A DNA stretch of 25,820 nucleotides from Candidatus Zixiibacteriota bacterium (GCA_029932605.1 JAOZPT010000038.1:1-25820); one strand, 5' to 3'. Shown: positions 1 to 9,961, counted from the stretch's first letter. The notes: generated by a model from the letters alone, not told the origin. A program made the numbers and translations.

Positions 1-640
1 CATTATACTCAGCAACTTTCTCAGCCACGGTGCTAAGTATATTCATACTTGCTATCGATGCCGGTCGCTCCATTCTGCCCATCCCTGAGGAATATAAAAT
101 CGGTTTGCCCATCTCCGTAGCTCGGCCAATCGCCTCATCAACAGCCTCAAGTCCAGCAATAGGACGCATATAAAGTTTACCGCCCCTTTTGCCATAAAGG
201 ATAAATACGCCAACCAACAAACCGGTGATTAAAACGCCTATTAACACATTTGTTCTGCCGGTATGATACCAATTTTGCTTGGGGCTGAATGGACCCTCAA
301 TATGTGAATACGATTCTCCGGTTGGACCGACGATCTTCAACCTGTAATAATAATCAGCCTTATCATCAAGATTACCGTCAACTTTAAAACCCTTGCTATC
401 TGTAATTACAATAATATCCTCAAAAGGTTCACCTGGTGATAACGAGTGCTGGAGGATATATTGATAATTGGAATCGGCAACGGCTTTATCAAAGCCAGGG
501 ATTTCCCACCTGACAACTAAAGCTGAACCGTCATCATTGGGATTATCGGTGACATCTATGGTAACAGCTGCCCGAGTTGATGATATGGTCAATAAATATA
601 CAAACATACTTATAATGAAAAATTTTCGGAAATTTTGCAT
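1..640 (-). CDS. DUF6754-like membrane protein with N-terminal exported FN3-like domain (partial; runs off the left edge)
   Basis: Not in the ORF track. Manual translation from ATG 640 is open to base 1: MQNFRKFFIISMFVYLLTISSTRA (signal peptide), ...DNPNDDGSALVVRW...YYYRLKIV (FN3-like), a TM helix VLIGVLITGLLVGVFILY, then MRPIAGLEAVDEAIGRATEMGKPILY, which I recognise as the DUF6754-type motif. Confidence 0.8.
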   Translation of the reverse strand, partial: MQNFRKFFIISMFVYLLTISSTRAAVTIDVTDNPNDDGSALVVRWEIPGFDKAVADSNYQYILQHSLSPGEPFEDIIVITDSKGFKVDGNLDDKADYYYRLKIVGPTGESYSHIEGPFSPKQNWYHTGRTNVLIGVLITGLLVGVFILYGKRGGKLYMRPIAGLEAVDEAIGRATEMGKPILYSSGMGRMERPASIASMNILSTVAEKVAEYN

Positions 641-646
641 GGGGCA

Positions 647-675
647 ATTTTAGAGTATAATAATATTTCTGTCAA
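647..675 (-). promoter_or_regulatory. sigma70-type promoter, likely leaderless mRNA
   Basis: TTGACA (675-670), 17 nt, TAAAAT (652-647), then 6 nt to ATG 640; no Shine-Dalgarno. Confidence 0.7.
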
Positions 676-735
676 GGTATATATTGTAGTGGTAGGCCTT
701 GAATCTACCCTAAATAACACCTGATAGTACAAAAT

Positions 736-2964
736 TTAATGGCTTATCCGCTCCATCAGCCTGGGAATAGCCGATTCATATATATCTTTCAACTCTAATA
801 CAGAACACTTGACTATGTTATTTATAACGAGCTCGCTCCCGCTTGTCTTACCGATTTCTTCAAAGGGCACGCTGTTTTTATTGCAAATATCCTTTATATC
901 GTCCATGTTAGACTTACTAAAAGATATAATCACAAACGGCCTTGATTCACCAAACAGCAAAGCATCACTCCGCAAACCGGATTTGATTTTTACTTTTGCC
1001 CCAATCTCATTTTCAAAACAACATTCAGCCAGCGCCACAGCCAATCCGCCATCGGAGATATCATGGGCAGACTTTATAAGTTCCTTGTTGGCAAGTTCAA
1101 CCAGCACCGAAATAACATCCCTTACCTTCTCTGGTTCTATCTCAGGAATTAATCCCGCAACCTTGTTATGAACTACTTTCAGATACTCACTTCCGCCAAG
1201 TTCACCTTTGTTTTCACCGATAAGCGCTATAACATCACCGCCATCTTTAAAAGATGAGGTCAACCGTTTCTGGACATCATCTAATATTCCCACCATACCG
1301 ATGACCGGCGTGGGATAGACAGCGTTATTTTCATCCTCATTATAAAAGCTGACATTACCGCCTGTCACCGGTGTTTCGAGAATTCGGCAGGCCTCTCCCA
1401 TACCGGCGACCACCTCGGCGAATGTGTAGAATATCTCGGGGTCGTAGGGATTACCAAAATTAAGGCAATTGGTTATGGCTACCGGTTGGGCTCCGGCACA
1501 GGCAACATTTATAGCAGATTCGCAAACTGCATGCATGGCACCTTTACGAGGCTCAAGAAAGCACCAGCGGCCGTTGCCATCGGTTGAAATCGCCAAACCT
1601 TTTTTAGACTTTCTAATCCGTATCACTGCCGAATCGCTACCAGGCCCTACTACTGTAGCTGTTCTGACAGAGGTATCATATTGCTGATATACCCAGCGTT
1701 TGGAGGCGATATTGGGTGAACCCAGAAGTTTCCTTAATACATCATTGTAATCATCAGGTACAGGTAAAGACAAAGGCTCAAAAAGTGCAAGTTTTTCGAT
1801 ATGAACCGGTTTTCTTTTCTCCCTTGTATAAACCGGTGCTTTACCACCTAATACAAGGGTATCCGGTGGTATCTCCGAACAGATATGTCCATCTGAATAA
1901 ATACGAAGGGTTTTATCTGAAATCACCTTGCCTATCACAACCGCCTGGAGATCCCATTTTTTGAAAATATTTATTACCTCATCCAAGCTATCGGGACGAG
2001 CCACTACAAGCATTCTCTCCTGTGATTCGGAAAGCATGATTTCATAGGGAATCATTGCCTCCTCCCGCACAGGTACTTTATCGATATCCAGTTCCATACC
2101 ACAGTTACCTCTGGCAGACATTTCCGACGATGAACAGGTCAGACCGGCTGCTCCCATATCCTGGATACCCACAACCAGTTTTTTGCGAATAACTTCTAAT
2201 GTTGCCTCAAGGAGAAGCTTTTCAGTAAACGGGTCGCCGATCTGCACCGATGGTCTTCTCGATTCTGACTTTTCGGACAGTTCCTCAGAGGCAAAAGTTG
2301 CCCCATGGATACCATCACGGCCAGTCTTGGCGCCAACAATCAAAACCGGATTCCCCTCACCTTTGGCAGTGGCTGATAAAAGATCGGTTTTTTTAGCAAT
2401 ACCAATAGCCATAACATTTATCAATGGATTTCCAGCGTAGGCAGGTTCGAAAACTACCTCACCACCAATATCAGGTACGCCGAAACAATTCCCATAATCA
2501 CCCGTGCCTCGAACAACACCGTCAAAAAGATAACGCACACGAGGGATATCTAAAGAACCAAACCTGAGTGAATTAAATGTAGCCTCAGGCCTGGCCCCCA
2601 TTGTAAATATGTCGCGAAGGATACCCCCTATACCGGTGGCCGCACCCTGGTATGGCTCAACCGCGGATGGATGATTATGCGATTCAATCTTGAAAACAAC
2701 AGCTAACCCCTCGCCGATGTCAACCGCTCCGGCATTCTCTTCACCGGCCTCAGTTAAAAGCCTTTTGCCTTTTCGAGGAAGAGTCTTAAGCAGGGCAATG
2801 GAGTTTTTATATGAACAATGCTCTGACCACATAACCGAGTATATGCCAAGCTCGGTATAGTTGGGTTTTCGTCCAAGGAACTCCTGAATTTTCGAGTATT
2901 CTTCTTCAGAAAGACCGTGTTCTTTGACAAGTTGTAGAGTAACCTCAGGCTCTTTCACCACCAC
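736..2964 (-). CDS. purL: Phosphoribosylformylglycinamidine synthase subunit PurL (small type, FGAM synthase II)
   Basis: 742 aa; motifs [59 protein letters not shown]. Confidence 0.98.
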   Translation of the reverse strand: MVVKEPEVTLQLVKEHGLSEEEYSKIQEFLGRKPNYTELGIYSVMWSEHCSYKNSIALLKTLPRKGKRLLTEAGEENAGAVDIGEGLAVVFKIESHNHPSAVEPYQGAATGIGGILRDIFTMGARPEATFNSLRFGSLDIPRVRYLFDGVVRGTGDYGNCFGVPDIGGEVVFEPAYAGNPLINVMAIGIAKKTDLLSATAKGEGNPVLIVGAKTGRDGIHGATFASEELSEKSESRRPSVQIGDPFTEKLLLEATLEVIRKKLVVGIQDMGAAGLTCSSSEMSARGNCGMELDIDKVPVREEAMIPYEIMLSESQERMLVVARPDSLDEVINIFKKWDLQAVVIGKVISDKTLRIYSDGHICSEIPPDTLVLGGKAPVYTREKRKPVHIEKLALFEPLSLPVPDDYNDVLRKLLGSPNIASKRWVYQQYDTSVRTATVVGPGSDSAVIRIRKSKKGLAISTDGNGRWCFLEPRKGAMHAVCESAINVACAGAQPVAITNCLNFGNPYDPEIFYTFAEVVAGMGEACRILETPVTGGNVSFYNEDENNAVYPTPVIGMVGILDDVQKRLTSSFKDGGDVIALIGENKGELGGSEYLKVVHNKVAGLIPEIEPEKVRDVISVLVELANKELIKSAHDISDGGLAVALAECCFENEIGAKVKIKSGLRSDALLFGESRPFVIISFSKSNMDDIKDICNKNSVPFEEIGKTSGSELVINNIVKCSVLELKDIYESAIPRLMERISH

Positions 2965-2982
2965 TTCCTTTTAGAGAATCAA

Positions 2983-3011
2983 ACTATAAAACCGTCAATC
3001 TCTATTGTCAA
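2983..3011 (-). promoter_or_regulatory. sigma70-type promoter of purL
   Basis: TTGACA (3011-3006), 17 nt, TATAGT (2988-2983); AAGGAA precedes the tandem GTG GTG starts. Confidence 0.7.
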
Positions 3012-3079
3012 TTACAATTATTGAAAATTAAACAGGAAACATAAAATAATTAAATATATCAAATCAGTAAACTAAGCTA

Positions 3080-3106
3080 TAAAAAAAGCGGGTTAAACCC
3101 GCCTTT
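3080..3106 (-). terminator. Intrinsic terminator after the Omp28-like gene
   Basis: Minus strand AAAGGCGGGTTTAACCCGCTTTTTTT: GC-rich hairpin plus T7 tract about 20 nt after the stop at 3127. Confidence 0.85.
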
Positions 3107-3126
3107 ATAAATAGATTCCAACTCTC

Positions 3127-4206
3127 TTATTTTAATAAAACCATTCGCTTACCGATACTTTTATCTCCTGCGACAAGGCGATAGAAATAAACACCACTTG
3201 ATAACTCGTTGCCATCAAAATCAGTGCCATCCCAAATTGCCTGATGATGACCGGGACCCTGAATATCGTTAACCAACGTGGTGACTTTACGACCATTAAG
3301 GTCGTAAACCGATAATTCAACCCGATCCCTATTTTCTATTATATAATCAATAACCGTGCGAGCATTAAACGGGTTGGGATAGTTCTGGGCAAGTTCAAAC
3401 TTGCTCGGGATACCGGTTACATCATCATCAATAGAAACCGGATCATCGAGATTGTCCAACCATATTTCAGCTGTTTGCAATATCTCCTTACCGTTATCAG
3501 ACTGAACAAAGACAACCAACTGACAGCTTCTTGGCACCAATGGTGAAGGGCAGGAAAAATCCTGGCTTAGCTCCAATATATCCCCCTGAGATATTTCGAT
3601 GGGAGTCCCAATAGCTGAAGGAATCATATCCCGCATCGTCTGATGATGCCAATCACCTCCATTAGGCGCATGCCAATATAAATTTGATTCGGTCAGGGCA
3701 ATTCTTACTTTTAGATTCGACCACTCAATTATATCGATTGCCTCAATTGTTATATCAAGAGTGCCCTCCCTTGAGTCATCATCGAAAACACCACCAAGTG
3801 TTATCAATAACGGCGAATCATCTGTATAGCGTCCCTGAATATAGTTCCACCATGAATTATAAGAATAACCACCCCTGATTATACCATCAATCCAAGCATA
3901 TGGTGTGTAACGATAACCGTCAGGATGAGGAGGATAATAATTTATCCTGGCTGTATTCTCAGGAATATTGTATTGATAATATGGATCACCTGACGAGGGC
4001 CACCAGGCGTGATATCTTATGGCAACAAAATAATCTGGATACTCATGGGTTAACTCATCTAAAAGAAGATCAGCATTGTAACAACCAGGGCACGAGGTAT
4101 TCGTTTGCATCTCCAATACCACCAGACGCTGGGCGGCCTGTACCGAAATTCCCAGCACCATCGTCAATAAAGCAACTAAAACAACAACTCCTTTTGCTTT
4201 TTTCAT
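3127..4206 (-). CDS. Omp28-related thioredoxin-fold protein (CPGC) with C-terminal T9SS type A sorting / FlgD-Ig-like domain
   Basis: Signal peptide ending VQA; RLVVLEMQTNTSCPGC, IRYH, TPYAWIDG, ALTE, HHQTMRDM, LVVFVQ (Omp28-like pattern); C-terminal LAQNYPNPFN...SGVYFYRL...KRMVLLK. Start moved to ATG 4206 because AGGAGG lies 7 nt upstream. Confidence 0.8.
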   Translation of the reverse strand: MKKAKGVVVLVALLTMVLGISVQAAQRLVVLEMQTNTSCPGCYNADLLLDELTHEYPDYFVAIRYHAWWPSSGDPYYQYNIPENTARINYYPPHPDGYRYTPYAWIDGIIRGGYSYNSWWNYIQGRYTDDSPLLITLGGVFDDDSREGTLDITIEAIDIIEWSNLKVRIALTESNLYWHAPNGGDWHHQTMRDMIPSAIGTPIEISQGDILELSQDFSCPSPLVPRSCQLVVFVQSDNGKEILQTAEIWLDNLDDPVSIDDDVTGIPSKFELAQNYPNPFNARTVIDYIIENRDRVELSVYDLNGRKVTTLVNDIQGPGHHQAIWDGTDFDGNELSSGVYFYRLVAGDKSIGKRMVLLK

Positions 4207-4312
4207 CTGCAAGCCTCCTATTAATTGTTTCTTTTAGATGAAAATAATATATTTATTCAAAATATCAAGTGTTTTTTTTAAGTCATTATTGTCAATAAAT
4301 ACATATATTATC

Positions 4313-5764
4313 TTAAAACCTGCTTAAAAGGGTGACCCTGGTCCCCTGAAATGTTGGCCTGTTAAAACATAGTCCCCCTGAACAGACCAGCCCACCACGT
4401 TGACCGCCGTTAAAAATTATCAGGTCATGATTATGGAATTTTATGTTAAGTTCAATGTAGCCAAGGCGCTTCGGAGCTGGATCACTTACGTTGGACATAT
4501 CCTGGTCAGACCAGCTTCCGCCAATAGACAGACTAAAATTATACGATCTGGCGAAATTAAAGTCTAAATACTTCTCGATATAACCCGAATTTTGAACAGA
4601 TTCACCTAATGGCTCATATTTAATAAGATAAGCTGTCAGGGCAACAGAATGAATATCATCCAAAGAGTAAGAAATTTCGAATTTGGGGGTTGTTTCGTTT
4701 TTTTCACTATGTTCTAACCTATCATAACTTATGGTAAAAAGGTTATCCCTGAAATAATTGCCTCTGATTTCAAAATATTTTTCTATAATAAAATGCCCCA
4801 GTGAATCTCGGCTTTCAGCATCAGCATAATCCAACTCGATGCCCCAGTTATAATTAGGTGAAAAAATAAATCCAACATTATAACCACATTCACCAGTGGA
4901 TCCAAATTGCGATTGTAATGATCTTTGTTGGTGATTTACCGCAGGTGGCATGTTGTAGTTTAAATTCAGGTCGGGATAGGCAAGGAATTTGTAGTTTTTA
5001 TATTCAAAAAAACCGGTAAAATAAGAATAATATGCTGAAAGATTAGCATAAGTACCATCACCTTTTTGGTTTCTCAACTCATACGGAAAAATATTGATAT
5101 AATAGCCATCTCTTTGTGCGTATTCCACATAACAGTCGAAGTAATCGTTGGTTATGCGTGCGTTTATTTCGTTCATGTTGGTGCGTGTATCACCTAAACC
5201 AAAATCGGGCTCATTCATACGTACATAGGCACCGCCAAAACGAACCATTCTCAACGGCTTAATTTTCAGCCGGATACCTTTAAGCACCGGTTTAGTAATA
5301 CCCCAAACCCCAGGAGTTGCAGAGAAAACATCAAAATCAATATGATCATACCTACCATTCAATTTTAGGCCCTTGAGTAGCAAATTAAATCTGACATCAT
5401 CATCCCTGAAGGCATTCAAAATCAAACCCCGGTCGAAAGTTTGATAAAAATTACCGGCATGAATCGTTAGACCATTATCCTCCCAGCCAAAATAAATCTG
5501 GCTTATCGAATCACTGGTGACAGCAGAATAATCAGTCACAAAATGAGTTAACTCATACCAGGCACCTATATAAAAATTGCCCATACTTATATCAAATTGA
5601 AAACGGGAGGCAACTGAATCTTCCTTTGTCTCCTTATAATGATAATACCGTCCGTAATTTGCTGCTGAAATATACAAATCGTCACCGCGGGCAAATTTAT
5701 CAGGTATAAAAACCAACAGCGCCAAGCCAAAAACCAGAAGACAGAACCTTGATGTCCTTATCAC
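4313..5764 (-). CDS. DUF6029-like predicted outer-membrane beta-barrel with C-terminal CxxxxC motif
   Basis: Signal peptide; aromatic-rich alternating strands; AGNFYQTFDRGLIL motif; C-terminus GGQRGGLVCSGGLCFNRPTFQGTRVTLLSRF ending in Phe. Confidence 0.7.
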   Translation of the reverse strand: MIRTSRFCLLVFGLALLVFIPDKFARGDDLYISAANYGRYYHYKETKEDSVASRFQFDISMGNFYIGAWYELTHFVTDYSAVTSDSISQIYFGWEDNGLTIHAGNFYQTFDRGLILNAFRDDDVRFNLLLKGLKLNGRYDHIDFDVFSATPGVWGITKPVLKGIRLKIKPLRMVRFGGAYVRMNEPDFGLGDTRTNMNEINARITNDYFDCYVEYAQRDGYYINIFPYELRNQKGDGTYANLSAYYSYFTGFFEYKNYKFLAYPDLNLNYNMPPAVNHQQRSLQSQFGSTGECGYNVGFIFSPNYNWGIELDYADAESRDSLGHFIIEKYFEIRGNYFRDNLFTISYDRLEHSEKNETTPKFEISYSLDDIHSVALTAYLIKYEPLGESVQNSGYIEKYLDFNFARSYNFSLSIGGSWSDQDMSNVSDPAPKRLGYIELNIKFHNHDLIIFNGGQRGGLVCSGGLCFNRPTFQGTRVTLLSRF

Positions 5765-5767
5765 TGA

Positions 5768-6358
5768 CTACTCGCTGGTTTCCTTTTTATCTTTGTTGTC
5801 TGACTCTTTTATAGGGTTTTCACCAGCCTTCTCACCGACAATATCCTTATCTTTAACTGGAGATAAATATTTTTGCATTTCGTCTATAATTTTCTTCTCA
5901 TCCCCGGGTCTGAAACCATAAGCCGAATGCAACACATTACCCTCATTATCGACAAGGATACCGTAAGGAATGGCAAATCCTTTATATTTTCGATGGAATA
6001 CTTCCTTATCGGAATCTAACAACACAGGAAATTTCATCTTGTAAGATTCCACGAATGCTCTTACTTTGCCCTCAGAACGGGTGCCATCGGTTGATATAGC
6101 CAGTATCTCCAGACCCCTATCATGATACTTCTCATAGAGTTTCACAAGTTCCGGTATCTCCCTTTTACATGGTCCACACCAGGTCGCCCAGAAATTTATA
6201 TAAACCGGCCCCTCACCTATTACATCTGAAAGCTTGACATTATTACCATTTAAATCTGGCAAAGTAAAATCAGGAGCTTTATTTGATTTAAAACTCTGGC
6301 CAAATATTACCACTGTCAGCAGTAAAACACCAAAAACTGTGAAAAATATCCTATTCAT
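5768..6358 (-). CDS. TlpA/ResA-family thiol-disulfide reductase, exported
   Basis: APDFTLPDL, INFWATWCGPCKREIPEL, ILAISTD, FPVLLD, AIP cis-Pro loop; hydrophobic N-terminus; AGGAG upstream. Confidence 0.92.
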   Translation of the reverse strand: MNRIFFTVFGVLLLTVVIFGQSFKSNKAPDFTLPDLNGNNVKLSDVIGEGPVYINFWATWCGPCKREIPELVKLYEKYHDRGLEILAISTDGTRSEGKVRAFVESYKMKFPVLLDSDKEVFHRKYKGFAIPYGILVDNEGNVLHSAYGFRPGDEKKIIDEMQKYLSPVKDKDIVGEKAGENPIKESDNKDKKETSE

Positions 6359-6574
6359 TATCTTACTCTCCTATTTTAAAAACCATCTCACTTGATAAAA
6401 TATCCATTCCTGTTTTCTGCCTGTGAAAATAGAAACTACCAGTCATAATCATAAGTTTCCTGCTATTTCTCAATATTTTCATAAATCAGATAGTTTTTAC
6501 CAATAAAGACCATTTTCCTTTATGATGAATATTTAACCCTGGATTTCCCTTGCCTCAGCTTTCATAATAAGTTT

Positions 6575-6618
6575 AATTTAATTAATCATATCAACTTGTC
6601 AATTTATTTATATGTCAA
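6575..6618 (-). promoter_or_regulatory. Candidate promoter region for the tlpA-like operon (two TTGACA boxes)
   Basis: TTGACA at 6618-6613 and 6602-6597; the second is followed after 16 nt by TAAATT, a weak -10. Confidence 0.35.
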
Positions 6619-6777
6619 TTATATCAATACCAGCAATATCACATATTTAAAGCCCGGATTAAAATAGCTTACCGATGATAGAAAAGGATATTATTATTTC
6701 TTTGATTTTATTGTTCTTTTTAGAAAATGGTCTAAATTAGAAAAAAACAGAATACAACTAAAGTAATTCAATTAACA

Positions 6778-9700
6778 TCAGTAATTTGCCCCGAAGGAGA
6801 AGTAATAATTGGGCTTATGAGCGATTGAATTCAGGTCCGTTTTCCAGGCAACATCAAAACGCAAGACAAATATCCCGAGATTGGTCTGGGTGGAAAAACC
6901 AATCCCGCTTTTTGGAGTTCCCAATTTGGGAAAACCATAATCTTCATCAAAAAGCAAGAATTCGTCGACTTTATCAAAAGCAGCCCCGACATCCCAGAAT
7001 ATCGAACCCCGAACACGAGAAAGGGTCAAACCCAGCGGTACCCGCATCTTGAAATAATCAATAAACGGATATCTCAACTCAAGATTTATTAATACATATT
7101 TCTTGCCTGAAAACTCAAAATAACTGTAACCCCTCAACGGTACAACAAGTTCATTAACGTAAATATCCTCTTCACTGTATATATCGTTAGTCGATTGCCT
7201 TGGTCCAATCCAGTATGATGTTCCCCCGAGATAATATTTTTTTGCATTTTTACCGTAAGACGCACCACCGGTAAACCTGAAGGCAAAATTGTAGGCATCA
7301 CCAAAATGGAAATACCGGCGGTAATCCATTTTAAAAGAGGTATATGAGTAACCCGAGGAAACCGCTTTAAATGATTTCTCAACCGACAACTTATACCTTT
7401 GGCCTGATACCGGTCCGACAATTCCCCAGATTACGCCATCGGAGACATAATCAAGATTGCCCACCAAAAAATTGCTTATTCCATCGGTAAATTCAGGTGG
7501 CACAGGTTCATAATAGTTACGATCGATAGTAATCTGCGTAAGGTTAATATCAAGCCTGCTGAATTTCGAAAAAGGATAACTTATCAGGCCAACCGCACCG
7601 TACAACCTGTCAGAGAAATAGGTTTTGTTATAATCATCAAAGTACAGATCCTTAAAGTGGAAAATACTGACTGCATAATCAAGCCTGTTGGCAAGGTAAC
7701 TGTACATAATCTGAATATTCGATTGGTCAATGGAATTAAAAACATCGGTCATAATATAAAAATGATGGTTGCCGAAAATATCCGATATGGCTATAAAGGA
7801 TTGGCCCTGTAAACCATAGAAACTGTCATAACTGAAGCCTCCCGAAACCAACTCGGGAGAAAATCTCAACTTGTATTTTTTCTTTTTATATGTACCATCG
7901 GCCTCCATATATTCAAGTGAATCGACGGGTTCCTTACCGATATCCTCTTTTTCTTTAACCTGATTGCTGTCTGGGCTTTGCATGTCATGTTCTTGGATTT
8001 TTCCGCCAGGGCTAAAAATGTAATGCGAATAATCTATTGAATGAGTTTCTTTTTGTTCTTCTTCTTTTTCTTCCTGCATATCTAAGGCAACAGGTGTTGC
8101 ATGAGTGTATAACCTGCCGATTTTCCTGAATGAGGTCGGTTCCAGCATATCCTTTTCAGTTGCCGGTTTTATATCCCTAATTATAACAATATCATAACCC
8201 AAATTGTTAAATGCACTAACAGCGATCTTTGACCCATCCGGCGACCAGGATGGTGAAAAAACACCCGTTAAAACATCAGTTACAGGAAAATCATCACCAT
8301 CTTCAAAATCGTGTATATAAATATTTGCAATACCGTTTCGATACGAAACATAGGCCAGCATATTGCCGTCAGAGGAGAAATCCGGCTGGATGCACTTGGT
8401 ATCATCATCAGTCAGCGGCTCGATCTCATTTTTCAAAAGGTCAATTATAAACACATTGTAATGACCGTAAGTGAACGTTGTATCGTTAACCCCGTTGACA
8501 GGCCTGTCCGAGGCAAATGCGATCTTGGTGCCATCAGAAGAGAAATCGGCATCGATATCATCGTAACGGTCGTAGGTCAAACGATTGAAACTCTCGTTTT
8601 CAATATCGAAAATATATAGGTCAGAAAAACCGTTTTTTATGCCGGTGAGGACAACCTTATCTCCTGCCGGAGACCAATCAGGAGATTTTATTCCATCAAG
8701 CCTGGGTCTAAATCTTTTATAAATTTTTTTACTTTCAGCATCGATAAAAAACAGAGCATCCTGGCCATGAGATTTAGATACAAACACAAGCTTAAGACCA
8801 TCAGGAGACCACGATGCCCCGGATACATAAGAATGTAACGACTCAAGATCACCAGATCTCTCAGCTTTTACCAACCTTTCAATAACCTTACCATCGACAG
8901 ATGAAACGATATAAATCTCATTAAAGCGTTCAGAAAAACCATCCTGAGGGCTGGCTCTATCAGAGGTTATAGCCAGGCGGTCGCCTTTGGGCGACCAGGC
9001 AGGATTCTGATTATAAATTGAACCATCTTCATCGTGGTTGGTTATAAGTTTGCCTGTCTCGTCTACCGTTTTTCTCTTGGATATCTCCGGCCAGTATATC
9101 CTTCGCAACTCCCTGTGCCAATCTTTAGAAAGCTTTTCTTGACTCATGCCCAGAGCCTCTTTAACCGCCTTCTCCATGGTCAAACGGACCTTACCCTTGT
9201 TGTAGATTTCATAAATCTTCTGATAACCAAATGTCTCGGCAATATAGAGTACAGCCGCCTGGCCCCCTTTATAATTAAGAAAACCATACATCTCCGTTAA
9301 CGGAGGAAGGTAACCTCCGGTTATGGCATCGCGAAGGAACATATCAGCTTCATAATCCCAACCTTTACGCGACGAATATTCTGCATATCCTTCATTGAAC
9401 CACAACGGTGGCTGGAAAAGCGCCTGACGGGATATTAGTGAACTGATGGCATTTTCATAAAGAAGGTTAAAGACCACGGCATGGGTTAACTCATGGTGCA
9501 AAACATGCCGAAAATCCTCGTATGAACCGTTGAACGGAACTACAATTCTATTTTTAAAAACCTCGGTAAAGCCACCTACACCCTCTGGAAGAATATCGGG
9601 GATAACATTCGTCTGTTGGAAATCGTTTGGTGATGAATAAATAATAATGGGCACCCTTGCTGTCAATGAATGATTCAGTTCCTTCGACACCTGCTTGTAG

Positions 9701-9891
9701 GCATCGTCTAAAACCTCGGCAGCAAAATATGCAATCGTATCCTGTTTTTCATTAAAATAAATATCAAAATTACGTGTTTGGATGTAATACCATTCAAAGC
9801 TTTTATATTGAACCTTGTTCTGACCGAAATATTCTACCTGCCCAAAAACAGTTGTCGTTAGAAATAAAAGAAATATCGTGATTTTTTTCAT
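6778..9891 (-). CDS. Omp85/BamA-family barrel fused to an N-terminal peptidase MA-like (gluzincin) domain and a TolB-like PD40 beta-propeller
   Basis: Signal peptide; HHELTH...WFNEGYAEY (HExxH plus downstream E); repeats PAWSPKGD, ASWSPDG, PDWSPAGD, ADFSSDG, PDFSSDG, PSWSPDG; C-terminal barrel with PLRGY (VRGF-like loop), NLELRYP, LRFDVAW, ending YYFSFGANY. Confidence 0.85.
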   Translation of the reverse strand: MKKITIFLLFLTTTVFGQVEYFGQNKVQYKSFEWYYIQTRNFDIYFNEKQDTIAYFAAEVLDDAYKQVSKELNHSLTARVPIIIYSSPNDFQQTNVIPDILPEGVGGFTEVFKNRIVVPFNGSYEDFRHVLHHELTHAVVFNLLYENAISSLISRQALFQPPLWFNEGYAEYSSRKGWDYEADMFLRDAITGGYLPPLTEMYGFLNYKGGQAAVLYIAETFGYQKIYEIYNKGKVRLTMEKAVKEALGMSQEKLSKDWHRELRRIYWPEISKRKTVDETGKLITNHDEDGSIYNQNPAWSPKGDRLAITSDRASPQDGFSERFNEIYIVSSVDGKVIERLVKAERSGDLESLHSYVSGASWSPDGLKLVFVSKSHGQDALFFIDAESKKIYKRFRPRLDGIKSPDWSPAGDKVVLTGIKNGFSDLYIFDIENESFNRLTYDRYDDIDADFSSDGTKIAFASDRPVNGVNDTTFTYGHYNVFIIDLLKNEIEPLTDDDTKCIQPDFSSDGNMLAYVSYRNGIANIYIHDFEDGDDFPVTDVLTGVFSPSWSPDGSKIAVSAFNNLGYDIVIIRDIKPATEKDMLEPTSFRKIGRLYTHATPVALDMQEEKEEEQKETHSIDYSHYIFSPGGKIQEHDMQSPDSNQVKEKEDIGKEPVDSLEYMEADGTYKKKKYKLRFSPELVSGGFSYDSFYGLQGQSFIAISDIFGNHHFYIMTDVFNSIDQSNIQIMYSYLANRLDYAVSIFHFKDLYFDDYNKTYFSDRLYGAVGLISYPFSKFSRLDINLTQITIDRNYYEPVPPEFTDGISNFLVGNLDYVSDGVIWGIVGPVSGQRYKLSVEKSFKAVSSGYSYTSFKMDYRRYFHFGDAYNFAFRFTGGASYGKNAKKYYLGGTSYWIGPRQSTNDIYSEEDIYVNELVVPLRGYSYFEFSGKKYVLINLELRYPFIDYFKMRVPLGLTLSRVRGSIFWDVGAAFDKVDEFLLFDEDYGFPKLGTPKSGIGFSTQTNLGIFVLRFDVAWKTDLNSIAHKPNYYFSFGANY

Positions 9892-9926
9892 TATCTTACC
9901 TTCTTATGAATTATCCTATATTAAAT

Positions 9927-9953
9927 AACGCAATAATCCAATCAGATGTTTCA
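9927..9953 (-). promoter_or_regulatory. Candidate ECF-sigma promoter upstream of the Omp85 fusion gene
   Basis: TGAAAC (9953-9948), 17 nt, CGTT (9930-9927), matching the general ECF AAC/CGT pattern. Confidence 0.4.
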
Positions 9954-9961
9954 AAACCATA

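Noticed and set aside
468..653. 61-aa plus-strand ORF
   Set aside because: Antisense shadow of the minus-strand gene at 1-640.
736..2964. purL without adjacent purQ/purS
   Set aside because: Scattered pur genes are common and partners may lie elsewhere in the genome.
4081..4092. Selenocysteine in the Omp28-like or TlpA CxxC motifs
   Set aside because: The codons are TGC/TGT in Omp28 and TGT/TGT in TlpA; there is no in-frame TGA.
6363..6482. 39-aa minus-strand ORF (MKILRNSRK...) upstream of tlpA
   Set aside because: No SD, no recognisable features; expected by chance in AT-rich DNA.
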